A stretch of DNA of 64,000 bases. Source: a virus. Taxonomy: Duplodnaviria > Caudoviricetes. Of this stretch, positions 25,271 to 35,748 are shown in pieces. The notes under the pieces are model-generated. The model saw only the letters and a list, made by a program, of their open reading frames with translations. It was not told the DNA's origin and ran no database searches. The DNA lies in IMG/VR virus record IMGVR_UViG_3300028591_000075, positions 1-64,000 of that record; one strand, written 5' to 3'. The translations under genes were made by a program, and so were the position numbers. The first letter of the stretch is position 1, and each line of letters starts with the position of its first letter.

Positions 25271-27493
25271 CTACGATTTACTGTCAACGTTATCCTTGAC
25301 AAATACTGCGTCAAGGGAGGCCTTGTTGGTCAAATTCTCATTCTGCACACGGATAACCACATCGCTGTCCGGGTTCGGCGCCAGGGAGGACGGGTCCTCG
25401 CCTGCGACCGGGATTGGCGGGTCAGTCCTGCGCGGATCCACTTCGATGTGCAATGCGGGTTCGCCGGTCTTTGCTGGCGGGTTACCCCAGCCATCCGGGA
25501 CGATAACACCCTGCAAAATCTTACGCTGCTTGGCATCCTTACAGATGGCCACAGCCTTGTCACATACGGCCTTGCCGTACTTTGACATGTGGGTGGCACT
25601 GATGTCGATTGCCTGGTAGATGGTCGGGTCGCAGCAGTGGTTCGAAACCTTGATTCCGCTTGCGACGATATCGACAGCCTTTTGCTTCATCGCCTCCTTG
25701 ACTTTCGGTAAGTCGGCATCGCTCACTTTCAGCAAGGTATCATACGGCAAATGCTTGGCGCACTTGATTTCGGTACCACCATTCTTCTTGGTCCAGTCAA
25801 CATATACCATGTTGACTGCAGTACCGCCCTTACCATATGAAATACGCTTACCGCGATGCCAGTTGTCGCACATGATACGACCCTGGTCAACCGGTTCACG
25901 TATGAGCGATGCAATCTGGATGGTATCGACACCGAGCTGCCCACCGAGCCATTGGAGTACCTGTTTCGAGCGCGGTTGAAGCCTGGTACCGTCCGGGTCC
26001 ACGTACTTCGTCTGCATCTCAATCTTCACATTGGCACCGGAGCCGTAGTTCCCGGACTTGTTTGGGAACACATAGACGGTCGATTTCATCAGGTCTAGGA
26101 ACCCGCGCTTCACGAGGGCATCGGCCTTCAACTCGGACGCAATGGATGCCGGAGACATGCCATACTTTACTTGTGGATACCCACAGTAGTTATAAATGAG
26201 GTTAGCCTCATCAACACGGCGCTTTCTCAAATCGATATCATTCTCGGAAGATCCATTGGTGAGCCTGATGAGAATATCGGCAATATAGGTGAAATGCAGC
26301 TTGGCGAGCTTGGCATCCTTCGGCACACCGCCTTCATAGCGCACGGCCTTTCCATACTCGGTAACCTCGGTCACCGTCTTGGAACCCTTGTCCTTAATGC
26401 CCTTCAACTTCTGACCCGGAATGCCCACGATAGTGACCGGCTTGTTACGTCCAATCAGATAGGCCATGCCGATATTCAAACAGTAGCTAATCATGGCTGC
26501 TGGACTGTTCACATTGGCATCGAGCGCCAGACCGTTGGTCTTCAAGAAGCTGCATACGGCAGTCTTGACCGGTTCGGGCATGGAGTTGTGCGAAAGAATT
26601 CCCCAGTGCAAGTAGGCCCAGTTGTTCTTGTTGCACACGGCATCCCACATGACCATGTTTACATAGCGGAAATACGAAGCACGTGACTGTTCATCGCTCA
26701 AAGTGAAATTCTTTTCGGCATCAGTCAATTCACCCATGGTGCGCTTATCCATCGCGCCCTTGACTATCTCGAACTGTTCCTCGGTAAGACCCCCTTCCAT
26801 GTCACCCACCGGGTTCCCGTGCTCATCCACGGTAGGAACGGCAAAAATAGCCTTCAATACGAGGATCTTCGCCTTGCCACCCAGGGACATCGGGATGCCT
26901 GGACCGAGCATAAGGCCATCGTCACCTTCATAGAACCCGCTTTCCTTGCGGCTCTCGTGCTCATAGAGGAATGGCCAGTTCGGCTGGGTAAAACCAGGCT
27001 TGTAGTAGTTGGCTAGGGAAATCGGCAAACCGTTCAAGCCAATCGAAATCGGCGGAAGAATATCCGGATCGAACTTGTTTCCCTGCATTGCGGCAGCGAT
27101 TGCCGAGGATAGTGCCTGTCGCGCAGATTCGCTGGCGCCACCGGTGAGACCACCCAATGCGCCACCAACAGCATCCATTTCACCGGCAGTCTGGGCGGCA
27201 CGCTGGTCCAACTTGTTGATAATGTCATCAAGTACGGTAGTCATCACGCCATATTCATCATTCGCAAGGAAATCGACCATCATGTCGGCAAATGCGCTAC
27301 AAAATGCACTAATCCTGTGCTGGTTAGCCTCAGGAACGCCGGCCCTCTGCCAGTCAGTCAATCCATTCTCGGTATCGGCGACATCGAAAAACTTGTAAAA
27401 CTTGGCGATATCATAGAATGCGCCTTCCTGGCCCCTTGCCTTCTCGGCAGCGGCTTGCACAGCATCTTTGAGTCGTCCACTAAAATGTCCCAT
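25271..27493 (-). CDS. Probable virion-associated peptidoglycan hydrolase: lysozyme-like (pesticin-C/GH24-like) plus peptidase M15-like domains
   Basis: FLYEHE...GLMLGPGI, PEPVKTAVCSF, LRKRRVDEANL (muramidase-like); ASLIR...Q, VSNH...AIDIS, ALHIE (M15 Zn ligands). Confidence 0.6.
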   Translation of the reverse strand: MGHFSGRLKDAVQAAAEKARGQEGAFYDIAKFYKFFDVADTENGLTDWQRAGVPEANQHRISAFCSAFADMMVDFLANDEYGVMTTVLDDIINKLDQRAAQTAGEMDAVGGALGGLTGGASESARQALSSAIAAAMQGNKFDPDILPPISIGLNGLPISLANYYKPGFTQPNWPFLYEHESRKESGFYEGDDGLMLGPGIPMSLGGKAKILVLKAIFAVPTVDEHGNPVGDMEGGLTEEQFEIVKGAMDKRTMGELTDAEKNFTLSDEQSRASYFRYVNMVMWDAVCNKNNWAYLHWGILSHNSMPEPVKTAVCSFLKTNGLALDANVNSPAAMISYCLNIGMAYLIGRNKPVTIVGIPGQKLKGIKDKGSKTVTEVTEYGKAVRYEGGVPKDAKLAKLHFTYIADILIRLTNGSSENDIDLRKRRVDEANLIYNYCGYPQVKYGMSPASIASELKADALVKRGFLDLMKSTVYVFPNKSGNYGSGANVKIEMQTKYVDPDGTRLQPRSKQVLQWLGGQLGVDTIQIASLIREPVDQGRIMCDNWHRGKRISYGKGGTAVNMVYVDWTKKNGGTEIKCAKHLPYDTLLKVSDADLPKVKEAMKQKAVDIVASGIKVSNHCCDPTIYQAIDISATHMSKYGKAVCDKAVAICKDAKQRKILQGVIVPDGWGNPPAKTGEPALHIEVDPRRTDPPIPVAGEDPSSLAPNPDSDVVIRVQNENLTNKASLDAVFVKDNVDSKS

Positions 27494-27545
27494 GTTCTGC
27501 AGTTTATCAGGTTTGATGTAAAACTATCTTCTTCCGCGCAAACAG

Positions 27546-27575
27546 AAAGACACCGCCGGTCTGGCGGTGTCTTTT
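27546..27575. terminator. Intrinsic terminator
   Basis: AAAGACACCGCC-ggtct-GGCGGTGTCTTTT. Confidence 0.8.
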
Positions 27576-27593
27576 CAATTTGTTAAGCCGAAT

Positions 27594-29408
27594 TTACTTG
27601 GCAGCGGCAATCTTTTTCTTTGCCGTGGCAATGATGGATTCGAGCTTGGCATCGAGGCCGGCCTTAGGAGCGGCAGGAGCAGCCTTGGGGGCAGCAGCCT
27701 TAGGAGCCTTCACGGATTCCACGATGGCAGCGAGCTTCGCATCGACAGCCTTGGCATTCTTGACCTTACTGAGGATGGATTCGAACTTGGCATCGAGGGC
27801 CTGAGAAGCAGCCTCGCTGGCCTTTTCAGCCTTGAACTGACCAAGGATGGATTCGAACTTTGCATCAAGGGCATCAGCCTTGTCGGCACTTTCACAGAGC
27901 GTTGCAACCTTGTCACCGAGTTCGGAGAGCTTTTCACCCATGGTGGATTCTACCATGGCCTGACGATCCTCGGCTTCGTGACGGGCTTTGTAGTCAGCAA
28001 TGATGCTTTCGCAGAGAGCTTCCTTTTCGGCCATATCACGCTTGCGTTCGTAGGATTCCACTACTGCGCGAACACGTTCACGAGCGATGGATTCCACATA
28101 GTTAGCCTTGATGGATTCGAGTTTGGAATCAATGGACTCATCAAGTATTTCTTCTCCATCTGTCGGGACTTCTTCGGTACCATCTTCGACACCTTCAACA
28201 GTCGTAGGAGGAACTTCACCGCATTCAACAGTCGTAGGAGGAACTTCACCGCATTCAACGGTCGCAGGAGGAACTTCGCCGCATTCGGCAGTGGCGTCAC
28301 CGCATTCGTCCTTGATTGGCTTGGCCGGACCATTTTCCGGTAGCTTTTCGGAGTTCGGGTCACCCGGATTTTCAATCACGGGAGTAGCCGCACCATCCTT
28401 GGCTTCGGTTTCAGCCGGTTTTTCTTCGTCTTCGGCAGGAGCCTCTTCACCGCCTTCGGCAGGAGCTTCCTCACCACCTTCATCGGCAGAGCCATCGTCC
28501 AGGGCTTCGTCACTCATGCCGTCGAGAGCGCTGAACAGGTCATCCTCTTCGGATCCAGCTTCACCGCCTTCGGCAGGAGCCGCTTCACCGCCTTCACCAC
28601 CTTCGTCACCGAAGTCGAGTTCACCGATAGTGTCGGTACCATCGTCAGCAGAAGCTTCACCACCTTCATCGCCAATGTCGAGATTGAAGGAATCGTCGCC
28701 TCCTTCAGCTCCGACCTCGGCACCCGGTTCGGGCACATCGAGATTGAAGTCGCCTTCCGCACCCGGTTCCGCACCCGGTGCATCCAGACTGAAAGCATCA
28801 TCCGGATTGGCATCGAGAGCAGGGGATTCGGTCGGTTCAGCGAGACCACCCGGAGCTTCCGGAGGAAGTTCGCCCATGCCGGCGGCAGCAAGGGGATCGG
28901 CAGCAGGAGCTTCGCCTTCACCACCATTGGTGAGGTCGGCAGCAACACCGTTCGGCTGGGCCTCGGAGGTATTCTGGGTAGCCAGACGAGCGTCAGCATT
29001 GCTGGTAATCTGGTCAATGAAGGAAGTCAGGTCCTGGGAAATGTTGTTTTCGCCCTTGATCTTCACCATGAACGGGATGAGGTCCTCGTCGGTGAGAGAT
29101 TCACGGCCATCAGCCTGCAACTGCTTGGCAAGTTCATCAACGACAAAAGCCTGAGTTTCGCCGTCCATTTCTTCCTGACCGAGCTGCGGGAAGGCAGGCA
29201 TGCCATCCGGGTTCTCGTTCACGGTCACGTCCAGGATGTTATCCGGAGTGTAGTCCAGCGGTTCATCGGTAGCTTCGTCGTTTGGATTGAGGCCAAGACC
29301 GCCAATGGCTTCACAAACGGCCCTTGCATCCTCGATGCAGAAGAGGTCCGCGACAGCTTTCTTGTTCATTTCTTGTGACATATAGTTTTGTTCCTTTTGA
29401 GCAGCCAT
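27594..29408 (-). CDS. Probable prohead scaffold/core protein
   Basis: Very acidic; coiled-coil C-terminus with repeated (L/V/I)DAK(F/L)ESI and many x-E-S sites; late box at 29428; near portal and capsid genes. Confidence 0.6.
   Translation of the reverse strand: MAAQKEQNYMSQEMNKKAVADLFCIEDARAVCEAIGGLGLNPNDEATDEPLDYTPDNILDVTVNENPDGMPAFPQLGQEEMDGETQAFVVDELAKQLQADGRESLTDEDLIPFMVKIKGENNISQDLTSFIDQITSNADARLATQNTSEAQPNGVAADLTNGGEGEAPAADPLAAAGMGELPPEAPGGLAEPTESPALDANPDDAFSLDAPGAEPGAEGDFNLDVPEPGAEVGAEGGDDSFNLDIGDEGGEASADDGTDTIGELDFGDEGGEGGEAAPAEGGEAGSEEDDLFSALDGMSDEALDDGSADEGGEEAPAEGGEEAPAEDEEKPAETEAKDGAATPVIENPGDPNSEKLPENGPAKPIKDECGDATAECGEVPPATVECGEVPPTTVECGEVPPTTVEGVEDGTEEVPTDGEEILDESIDSKLESIKANYVESIARERVRAVVESYERKRDMAEKEALCESIIADYKARHEAEDRQAMVESTMGEKLSELGDKVATLCESADKADALDAKFESILGQFKAEKASEAASQALDAKFESILSKVKNAKAVDAKLAAIVESVKAPKAAAPKAAPAAPKAGLDAKLESIIATAKKKIAAAK
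28194..28286 (-). repeat. 30-bp tandem repeat x3 (ECGEVPP[T/A]TV)
   Basis: ttcaacagtcgtaggaggaacttcaccgca repeated three times with few mismatches. Confidence 0.9.
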
Positions 29409-29427
29409 TGGGGCTGATTTGACAGAA

Positions 29428-29435
29428 AGTTTATA
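29428..29435 (-). promoter_or_regulatory. TATAAACT late box
   Basis: 19 nt upstream of ATG 29408. Confidence 0.7.
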
Positions 29436-29450
29436 ATGGTTTGAAATTTT

Positions 29451-31034
29451 TTATACCTCGTCATACTCCAACTTTATGTTCGGAATGCAGCTTCCGGGAT
29501 CGGTGTCGCCATCGACCTCGATCTGCATGTAAACATAGTCGGACTCACCTGCCATCAGGGGGTTATAGATACCACCGCCTACACGGCACATGTTGTAGCT
29601 TCCACACATGGCCAGCGGGTAGTTGTAAACCACATTTCCGAGGCCAGGGGCGCATACGCTCTGGTATGCGTTAATCCGACATCCGGACTTCAAGATGAGT
29701 TCCGGGTTGACGAACAGTTCCTCCATGTCCGTATTGCCACGAAGTACGACGACACCCGCGGAAACGACATCCTCCGGGACACATGCCTGGGGAGCAAACA
29801 TGTTGCCGATAAAGCGCATGGGAAACTTGGCACCACTCCTGTTAAAGAAGTGGTATGTCTTATGGATATCAAAGATCAACTGCGGGCGCTCAACACCATT
29901 GAGGAAATATGTCGGGCATCCGTTGGAGCCAGTCCTGACTTCAACATCATAGAATTCGACCGGCTTGTTCTTGAAATGGTCAGGAAGCTGTTCTTCGCGA
30001 ACGGAGCCATCGGTCAGCGTATAGATACGCTTAAACCAACGGTTCGGGACATAGGCCGTCTCGACCAGTTCCGTATCACCGGAGTCAGTAGACTGCCACC
30101 CAGGTTCTCCCCAGTAAAGCGGCATCCAAGCAACAACGTATCCGGATCCGCGATGGTCACATTCACTATCCGGCGGAATCTGGTAAACAAGCCCGGACGG
30201 GAACAGTTCCATAAGGTTCCAACCACCATCCCCGGTCTTCTTCACTTGAAGCTCAACGACCGGCCCATCGCTATGGTAGACACCACCAGTAGAATCGGGA
30301 ACAACCACCTTGTAGAACTGGCCATATCCCTTCTCCGCAGCAATCACGTTGATGTCCTTGCCGGTAGCCGGATCAACGAACATCAGGCAGCAGTGAGGGT
30401 CTTCCTTGTTCGCAACAAACGTGCGGTCCTCAAACGTGATGAGAATGTCCTTGGTTTCGTCGGTATAGACCCCGACCGGCACCACAGGCTGGCGCATGCC
30501 GTCAAGGAACACTACGTTCCCGGCACCGACATCGCGATATTCCGTAATAAAGTGGGTATGCCCCAACTGCTGCTGAGGCATCTGGCCATAGAGGCCGGAC
30601 ACAGTAAGATAGAACGGATGGAACTTGTCGAACTCCCAGATATCATGCGTCGCCACAAGGGACCGCGTGTTAGTCGGTCGAGAATAGGAAATCGAGTTTC
30701 CGATGCGCAATATGGCTGGATGCTTCCCACGAGGGCGCGGGCCGGTCGGGTAAAGCCTGATGTTCGTAAGCTGTCTGTCCGGAGGGGCAATCAGGTGAAC
30801 CTTAAAGACACACTCCATGGAGTATGCCTTACACTTGGGGTCATCGGGTCTGTAAATGCAGTAAAACTGAGATTCGCTTCCGTCATCAGCAGGAACGGTT
30901 CTGCCTCCAAGGCGTTCCGAGCTGTAAACCGACGGGACACAGGTATCTACCCTCTTGATACCAAGGGACGATACCAGCGTACCGAATTCGGAATCCTTTC
31001 CGGTATATTTCTTAATCGCTACTTGTGCAGGCAT
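29451..31034 (-). CDS. Hypothetical structural protein, beta-rich
   Basis: 527-aa ORF in the late cluster; TATAAGCTGCAG variant box at 31062; internal duplicated motif (VFLDGMRQPVV / YFLNGVERPQL). Confidence 0.65.
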   Translation of the reverse strand: MPAQVAIKKYTGKDSEFGTLVSSLGIKRVDTCVPSVYSSERLGGRTVPADDGSESQFYCIYRPDDPKCKAYSMECVFKVHLIAPPDRQLTNIRLYPTGPRPRGKHPAILRIGNSISYSRPTNTRSLVATHDIWEFDKFHPFYLTVSGLYGQMPQQQLGHTHFITEYRDVGAGNVVFLDGMRQPVVPVGVYTDETKDILITFEDRTFVANKEDPHCCLMFVDPATGKDINVIAAEKGYGQFYKVVVPDSTGGVYHSDGPVVELQVKKTGDGGWNLMELFPSGLVYQIPPDSECDHRGSGYVVAWMPLYWGEPGWQSTDSGDTELVETAYVPNRWFKRIYTLTDGSVREEQLPDHFKNKPVEFYDVEVRTGSNGCPTYFLNGVERPQLIFDIHKTYHFFNRSGAKFPMRFIGNMFAPQACVPEDVVSAGVVVLRGNTDMEELFVNPELILKSGCRINAYQSVCAPGLGNVVYNYPLAMCGSYNMCRVGGGIYNPLMAGESDYVYMQIEVDGDTDPGSCIPNIKLEYDEV

Positions 31035-31075
31035 CAGGCTACCAAATTCCTTTTCTCCTGCAGCTTATAAGAAAA

Positions 31076-34000
31076 CTAGCGGCGAGACATCAGGTCATTG
31101 GCCCCAGGGGCCCTTCCTTCCATTACTGCGCGATAGATTTCACCCGGTGTCAAGCCGTTGCCCTTGTCGGTAATGTGCATGCGTTCGCTGGTCTTGACAG
31201 CCTTGCGCATGCCGGCCAACTGGGCATTGTTCACCACCTTTTCATAGATGCTGACATTGCCGTCACCGTCGTCAATGATACCGTTGCGTTCACCGTTGGT
31301 CTCGATGTCGGCGAGCTTGTTGATGTCATCCTGGGCAAGCAGGGCTTCCAGTTCATCGAAGTCCATCAGATCCTGTGCGGCAATGGCACCGAACTCGTTT
31401 TCCAACTGGGAGAACTTGTCGGCGTTCGGGCCATCCTGGAACCTGTCGTACATCACGGCACCCTTGTACCGTTCAAACAGATCGCGGATTTTCAGGAACG
31501 CGGAATGGAGTTCAGAAGCAACCGCCTGGTGCAGGAACATCGCCTCGCCGAAGGAAGCCTGGCCATCCACATAGCCCTCAATAACCGGCCCATCGCTCTC
31601 CGTATATGGGATTTCGATTTCATCCAGGCCATAGAATATGCCATCGCGCCACACACCGCGCTTGATATGCTTGTTGTCAACGCGCTGCTGCCCGTGCATG
31701 TCAATCATGGTCGGCACATTGTCCGGTATCAGGTCGTGGACCTTAATGTACATCTTACCGTTGCTCAACGAGATAAAGCCGGCATCGTTCAGGGAATCGA
31801 CCGTGACATAAACATCCTCGTAGTGACTGCCGAGCATATTCTTCACATAGTCGATTACGGACGACGAATAGTAGGCATCCTCGACCGCCTGGTACTTCTC
31901 AACGAAGTCACCAGCAATCAGGGCCTTTGCAGACTTGATATTGTTAGTCAAGGCAAAGTATCTAATCAACTGCGTACATGCGGAATCGTTCAGCGACTTC
32001 CATTCATACATGTTCCCGCGATCGCCCAACTTGTTGCCGTTGGCATTCATTTTCAAGTTAATCAGGTCGATGTACTCAACGATGTCATAGAGAACAATGT
32101 CTTCCGGAGTGCTGTAATTCATGATGCGGTCAGGAGACACAAAGTGATGACCGTTGATTACTATCGCATTCTTGTAGGCGGACGATGTGTTCAGGATGTA
32201 TGGGATATTGCCACTCGGTGCCTTGCCCTTGACCAGCTTGGCCGCATCCACATCGACATAGGCGCATTCCTTGATTGGGTCACGCTGTGCCATGATGGCT
32301 TCCCTGAACTTGAAGGCATCCTTATGTCCAACACCAATGGGCAGGAACTCCCAGTCGAACAGGCTCGGGTTAATCGTGAGACGACCACACCAGACTACAT
32401 TGCACGGTGCACCAAGACGACCATCACCGCATATCTCGGTAAATGCGCGGGCAACCTTGACCAGGTGCTTCATGTCGTCACTCTTATCCTCAATCGGAGT
32501 AGTGCCATCCGCCTGGTAAATCAGGATTTTGGCAGCCATGCCATAATTGTGCCATGATAGCATGCTGCTTTCCGGACCGCCGGTGCATATACCCTTCTGG
32601 TCATCGGCAGAACGCCATGTGTTAATCAGTTCCACACGGGTCGAGCCAAATTCATGAGTAAGGATGGACATGAGGAAGGCAACCTTGTCATACAGCCCAA
32701 ATCCTTCGCGCATATCTTCAATCTTACGAGATGTCGGTCGGAAAATCTTCCAACCATCAAAACGCTGGTCTTCTGGAACATTCGGGAAACCGCCGTCCCC
32801 ATAGCGGACAACCTCGAAGAACTTGTCCTGGGAGAACGGCCCATATTCCACGAATGCCTGCTTGCGAATTTCTTCGTCGTAAGGCAGTGCGGGAGCCTTC
32901 AAGTGGACTGTCACCGGCGTCTTGTTCTCGCTATCGTTACGACTGCGTTCAGGCGGAACCTTCACCGTCTCGACAACATGCTCACCCATCAAGGTAGGAG
33001 CATCGACACCCTCGGGCACATGGGCGCTCATCTCGTTATCGAATTCAACCTGTAAGGTAGTCTTGGACACGTCATCAAACTGCAATTCACCCGATGCGGC
33101 ATTCCAGATGTCCTCGGGCAATGCCTCGTCAAAGTTGACTATCCACTGTCCATCGACCTGTTCAATCGTTGCCGGCTTACCCAACTGCACGGTATTACCC
33201 GGAGTTTCCTCAACCTGGGGATACTCACCGAACACATTCAGGTCATAGAAGCGGACTTCCACCCAACGGACGCCACTGTACACCTTCACCGTCTTATGGC
33301 GGGTGCGGCCCCATCGCTTGTATTTCCTTCTGACCTTCTTGTACATCGCAACGGGCACCATGAACCTTGCCGGCAGCGACCACGGCGTGAATGGAAGGGA
33401 CACATAATCACCTTCGTCATCATCTAACGATCCAGTATTCGCTTTCAGCCACTGGTCCTTGTTGAGATACATGGACTTGTTGGTAAATGGCGACTCGTTC
33501 ACGAATGCCTGGTACCAGACAATCCTGTCAATCGTCTCATTCAATTTGGAAATATCGTCGGATACGTCTTCAAGTGCAAGCCATGCCCTCGCCACACGAA
33601 CCGGGCTCATGATGAAAGCCTTGGCCACAAGTTGCGAACGCATCTCCTTGTATGCCTTCTTCATGACATAAGCAGCCTGGATGGCTCCATCGATATCATT
33701 CGGAGAACCAGGATCTACACCCCAGTCCATCTCGTATGTAGGCTTGAATTTTTTGTATGCTATGGCGCCATCATCCGTATTCGAGCACTCTTCCCACACA
33801 ATCACATTGTATTGGCCATGCAAGTTCCAATTTATTTCAGCAACCCCTTCGGTACCTAGACGGTTGAGCCATTCCATGGCGGTTTCCGAAGCGTTTAACG
33901 GATGAGCCTGGACAAATTCCCATACCTTCTCCTTACTACCGAGCGTCCTGAACAGGTTCATCCAGCCCGCAACAAATTCGACATATCGCTTGCACTGCTT

Positions 34001-35686
34001 GACCCTCTGGTCACTATCACTTGCACTATTATATCCGTAGGCAAACGTAGTATCAGTGATTTGTAATTCACTCTCGTTACTAACCGGCTCATTGTCATGC
34101 TTTTTGAGAATCCAGTTATACGAGTCGATAATCATATCGCGAACTTCGTCCCAGTTCATGGCAATATATGACTTATCCCACGCATAGTTATCCGACTTAT
34201 AGTCATTGGTGCCATAGTGCACCCATTTCAGACCGATGCCACTACCCTTGGGATCATTCGAAACTGGACATGCGCCCCACGAGGAAACACACCCCTCACT
34301 TTCAACATATTCACCGTTAATCTGGAACACCCTCGGAAAAGCGGTGACATTTTCAGAACCGTATATACCAGTCGCATATACTTCGCGGCCATCACCGCTC
34401 AATTCTCTGTAGTTCGACTTGACCGAGTTTATAAGCGAATCCATATCGAATGCCAACCCGCCGTTGGCTGACGAGTAATTCGAGAACCTACCACCAATCC
34501 TCTTTATCTTGTTCTTCGTGCTGGAACTAAGGTATATCCACATGATGGACATCGCGTCCTTCAAACTCGTGTAAACGTTTTCAAACTCTTCAATGAAATC
34601 GTTCTCAATGTCTTCCTTGGGATAGAATATGCCCTTCACCGCATCCTTGATTGGGGGGATAATGGCGGTCACACCATCACCGACACTCCGAAGGTCATCA
34701 ACCAGGGCAGCGGTCTTGCTTCCGGGAGATAAGAAAGTTGACAAGTACCCATCTGGACCATACGCGCTTTCAAAGTTAGTATAACGCTGCATCTGCGTGC
34801 GCGTGATGTCTGCCTTCATGCATGCCATGATGTATTGGCGATGTTTCCAGCGGGCCCATTTCTTGTTCTTCTTGTAGTCCTCGGTCGTGGCATCAGTAAT
34901 ATAGTCAGGCACCGCCTCGGCCATGTTTTCGTCATAATACTTGACATCCACGCCGTAATTGTTCTCGGCACACCAGTCGGAAACAGCGTTCATGCGCTTC
35001 CTGAACAGGTCATACCCGATAACGGCGTTGGCTTTGGTCTTCGAACCGCTTGCCAGCTTGCGGAGCCACTTCATCGTAGTCTTACGACTACCACCGATTC
35101 CAAGTATCGCATAAATAACCTGCATCGTCGAAGGAAGGTCAATGCCGGAACTGTTCGAGATTACATTCTGGTTCACCGTCAATGGACCAAGCAAGTTGGC
35201 ATCAACCTTGGCCTTTACGTCATCCCGTCCGATGCCGGTAATGAATTCATAACGCGGGGTCACATATACACGGGCATGTGTGAAGGTCTGGTTGGCCAGG
35301 GAAGTTCCATCATGGATAACTGTGTAGGTGATATCGCTGTCACTATCCAGGTCAAGTTGGGTTTCCTTGTCCTTGCCCGGACGCCATTCACTCGCAACTT
35401 CCGCCTCGATTACATCAGCCAGCGGTTCATAGAGGGCAAAATATGCATTATCGTATGAGCTACCATCCCTGATGGTGACCATTACTCGGTCATTTATGCC
35501 GAGTTCGACAGCCCCAGAAAAACTCTCGTCATTAGCGAGCTGTGCCCTCGTGACGAAATAAGCCACGTTGTTGGTCACATGCTCATTCGGATTGCCTTGG
35601 GGATTCTCGATTCTCACGCCGCTCAGGTCGATATTCACGTCGGCCTTTACGTCCATGTCAGCATAGTATTTCTCGAAATCGTACAT
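31076..35686 (-). CDS. Large virion protein (baseplate/tail) with degenerate M15C peptidase-like domain
   Basis: 1536 aa; NTWRSADDQ...SWHNYGMAAK...VVWCG...FDWEF; late box at 35728. Confidence 0.65.
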   Translation of the reverse strand: MYDFEKYYADMDVKADVNIDLSGVRIENPQGNPNEHVTNNVAYFVTRAQLANDESFSGAVELGINDRVMVTIRDGSSYDNAYFALYEPLADVIEAEVASEWRPGKDKETQLDLDSDSDITYTVIHDGTSLANQTFTHARVYVTPRYEFITGIGRDDVKAKVDANLLGPLTVNQNVISNSSGIDLPSTMQVIYAILGIGGSRKTTMKWLRKLASGSKTKANAVIGYDLFRKRMNAVSDWCAENNYGVDVKYYDENMAEAVPDYITDATTEDYKKNKKWARWKHRQYIMACMKADITRTQMQRYTNFESAYGPDGYLSTFLSPGSKTAALVDDLRSVGDGVTAIIPPIKDAVKGIFYPKEDIENDFIEEFENVYTSLKDAMSIMWIYLSSSTKNKIKRIGGRFSNYSSANGGLAFDMDSLINSVKSNYRELSGDGREVYATGIYGSENVTAFPRVFQINGEYVESEGCVSSWGACPVSNDPKGSGIGLKWVHYGTNDYKSDNYAWDKSYIAMNWDEVRDMIIDSYNWILKKHDNEPVSNESELQITDTTFAYGYNSASDSDQRVKQCKRYVEFVAGWMNLFRTLGSKEKVWEFVQAHPLNASETAMEWLNRLGTEGVAEINWNLHGQYNVIVWEECSNTDDGAIAYKKFKPTYEMDWGVDPGSPNDIDGAIQAAYVMKKAYKEMRSQLVAKAFIMSPVRVARAWLALEDVSDDISKLNETIDRIVWYQAFVNESPFTNKSMYLNKDQWLKANTGSLDDDEGDYVSLPFTPWSLPARFMVPVAMYKKVRRKYKRWGRTRHKTVKVYSGVRWVEVRFYDLNVFGEYPQVEETPGNTVQLGKPATIEQVDGQWIVNFDEALPEDIWNAASGELQFDDVSKTTLQVEFDNEMSAHVPEGVDAPTLMGEHVVETVKVPPERSRNDSENKTPVTVHLKAPALPYDEEIRKQAFVEYGPFSQDKFFEVVRYGDGGFPNVPEDQRFDGWKIFRPTSRKIEDMREGFGLYDKVAFLMSILTHEFGSTRVELINTWRSADDQKGICTGGPESSMLSWHNYGMAAKILIYQADGTTPIEDKSDDMKHLVKVARAFTEICGDGRLGAPCNVVWCGRLTINPSLFDWEFLPIGVGHKDAFKFREAIMAQRDPIKECAYVDVDAAKLVKGKAPSGNIPYILNTSSAYKNAIVINGHHFVSPDRIMNYSTPEDIVLYDIVEYIDLINLKMNANGNKLGDRGNMYEWKSLNDSACTQLIRYFALTNNIKSAKALIAGDFVEKYQAVEDAYYSSSVIDYVKNMLGSHYEDVYVTVDSLNDAGFISLSNGKMYIKVHDLIPDNVPTMIDMHGQQRVDNKHIKRGVWRDGIFYGLDEIEIPYTESDGPVIEGYVDGQASFGEAMFLHQAVASELHSAFLKIRDLFERYKGAVMYDRFQDGPNADKFSQLENEFGAIAAQDLMDFDELEALLAQDDINKLADIETNGERNGIIDDGDGNVSIYEKVVNNAQLAGMRKAVKTSERMHITDKGNGLTPGEIYRAVMEGRAPGANDLMSRR

Positions 35687-35727
35687 AGGGAATCCCGTCT
35701 ATTTTCCATAAAACTACATCGGTCTGC

Positions 35728-35735
35728 AGTTTATA
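35728..35735 (-). promoter_or_regulatory. TATAAACT late box
   Basis: TATAAACTGCAG upstream of 35686. Confidence 0.7.
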
Positions 35736-35748
35736 GGATTTGAGGCCC

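Noticed and set aside
28194-28286. 30-bp repeats as a possible CRISPR array
   Set aside because: There are no spacers; they are in-frame coding tandem repeats.
34426-34433. TATAAACT inside the 1536-aa gene
   Set aside because: It is intragenic with no evident downstream start and is likely incidental.
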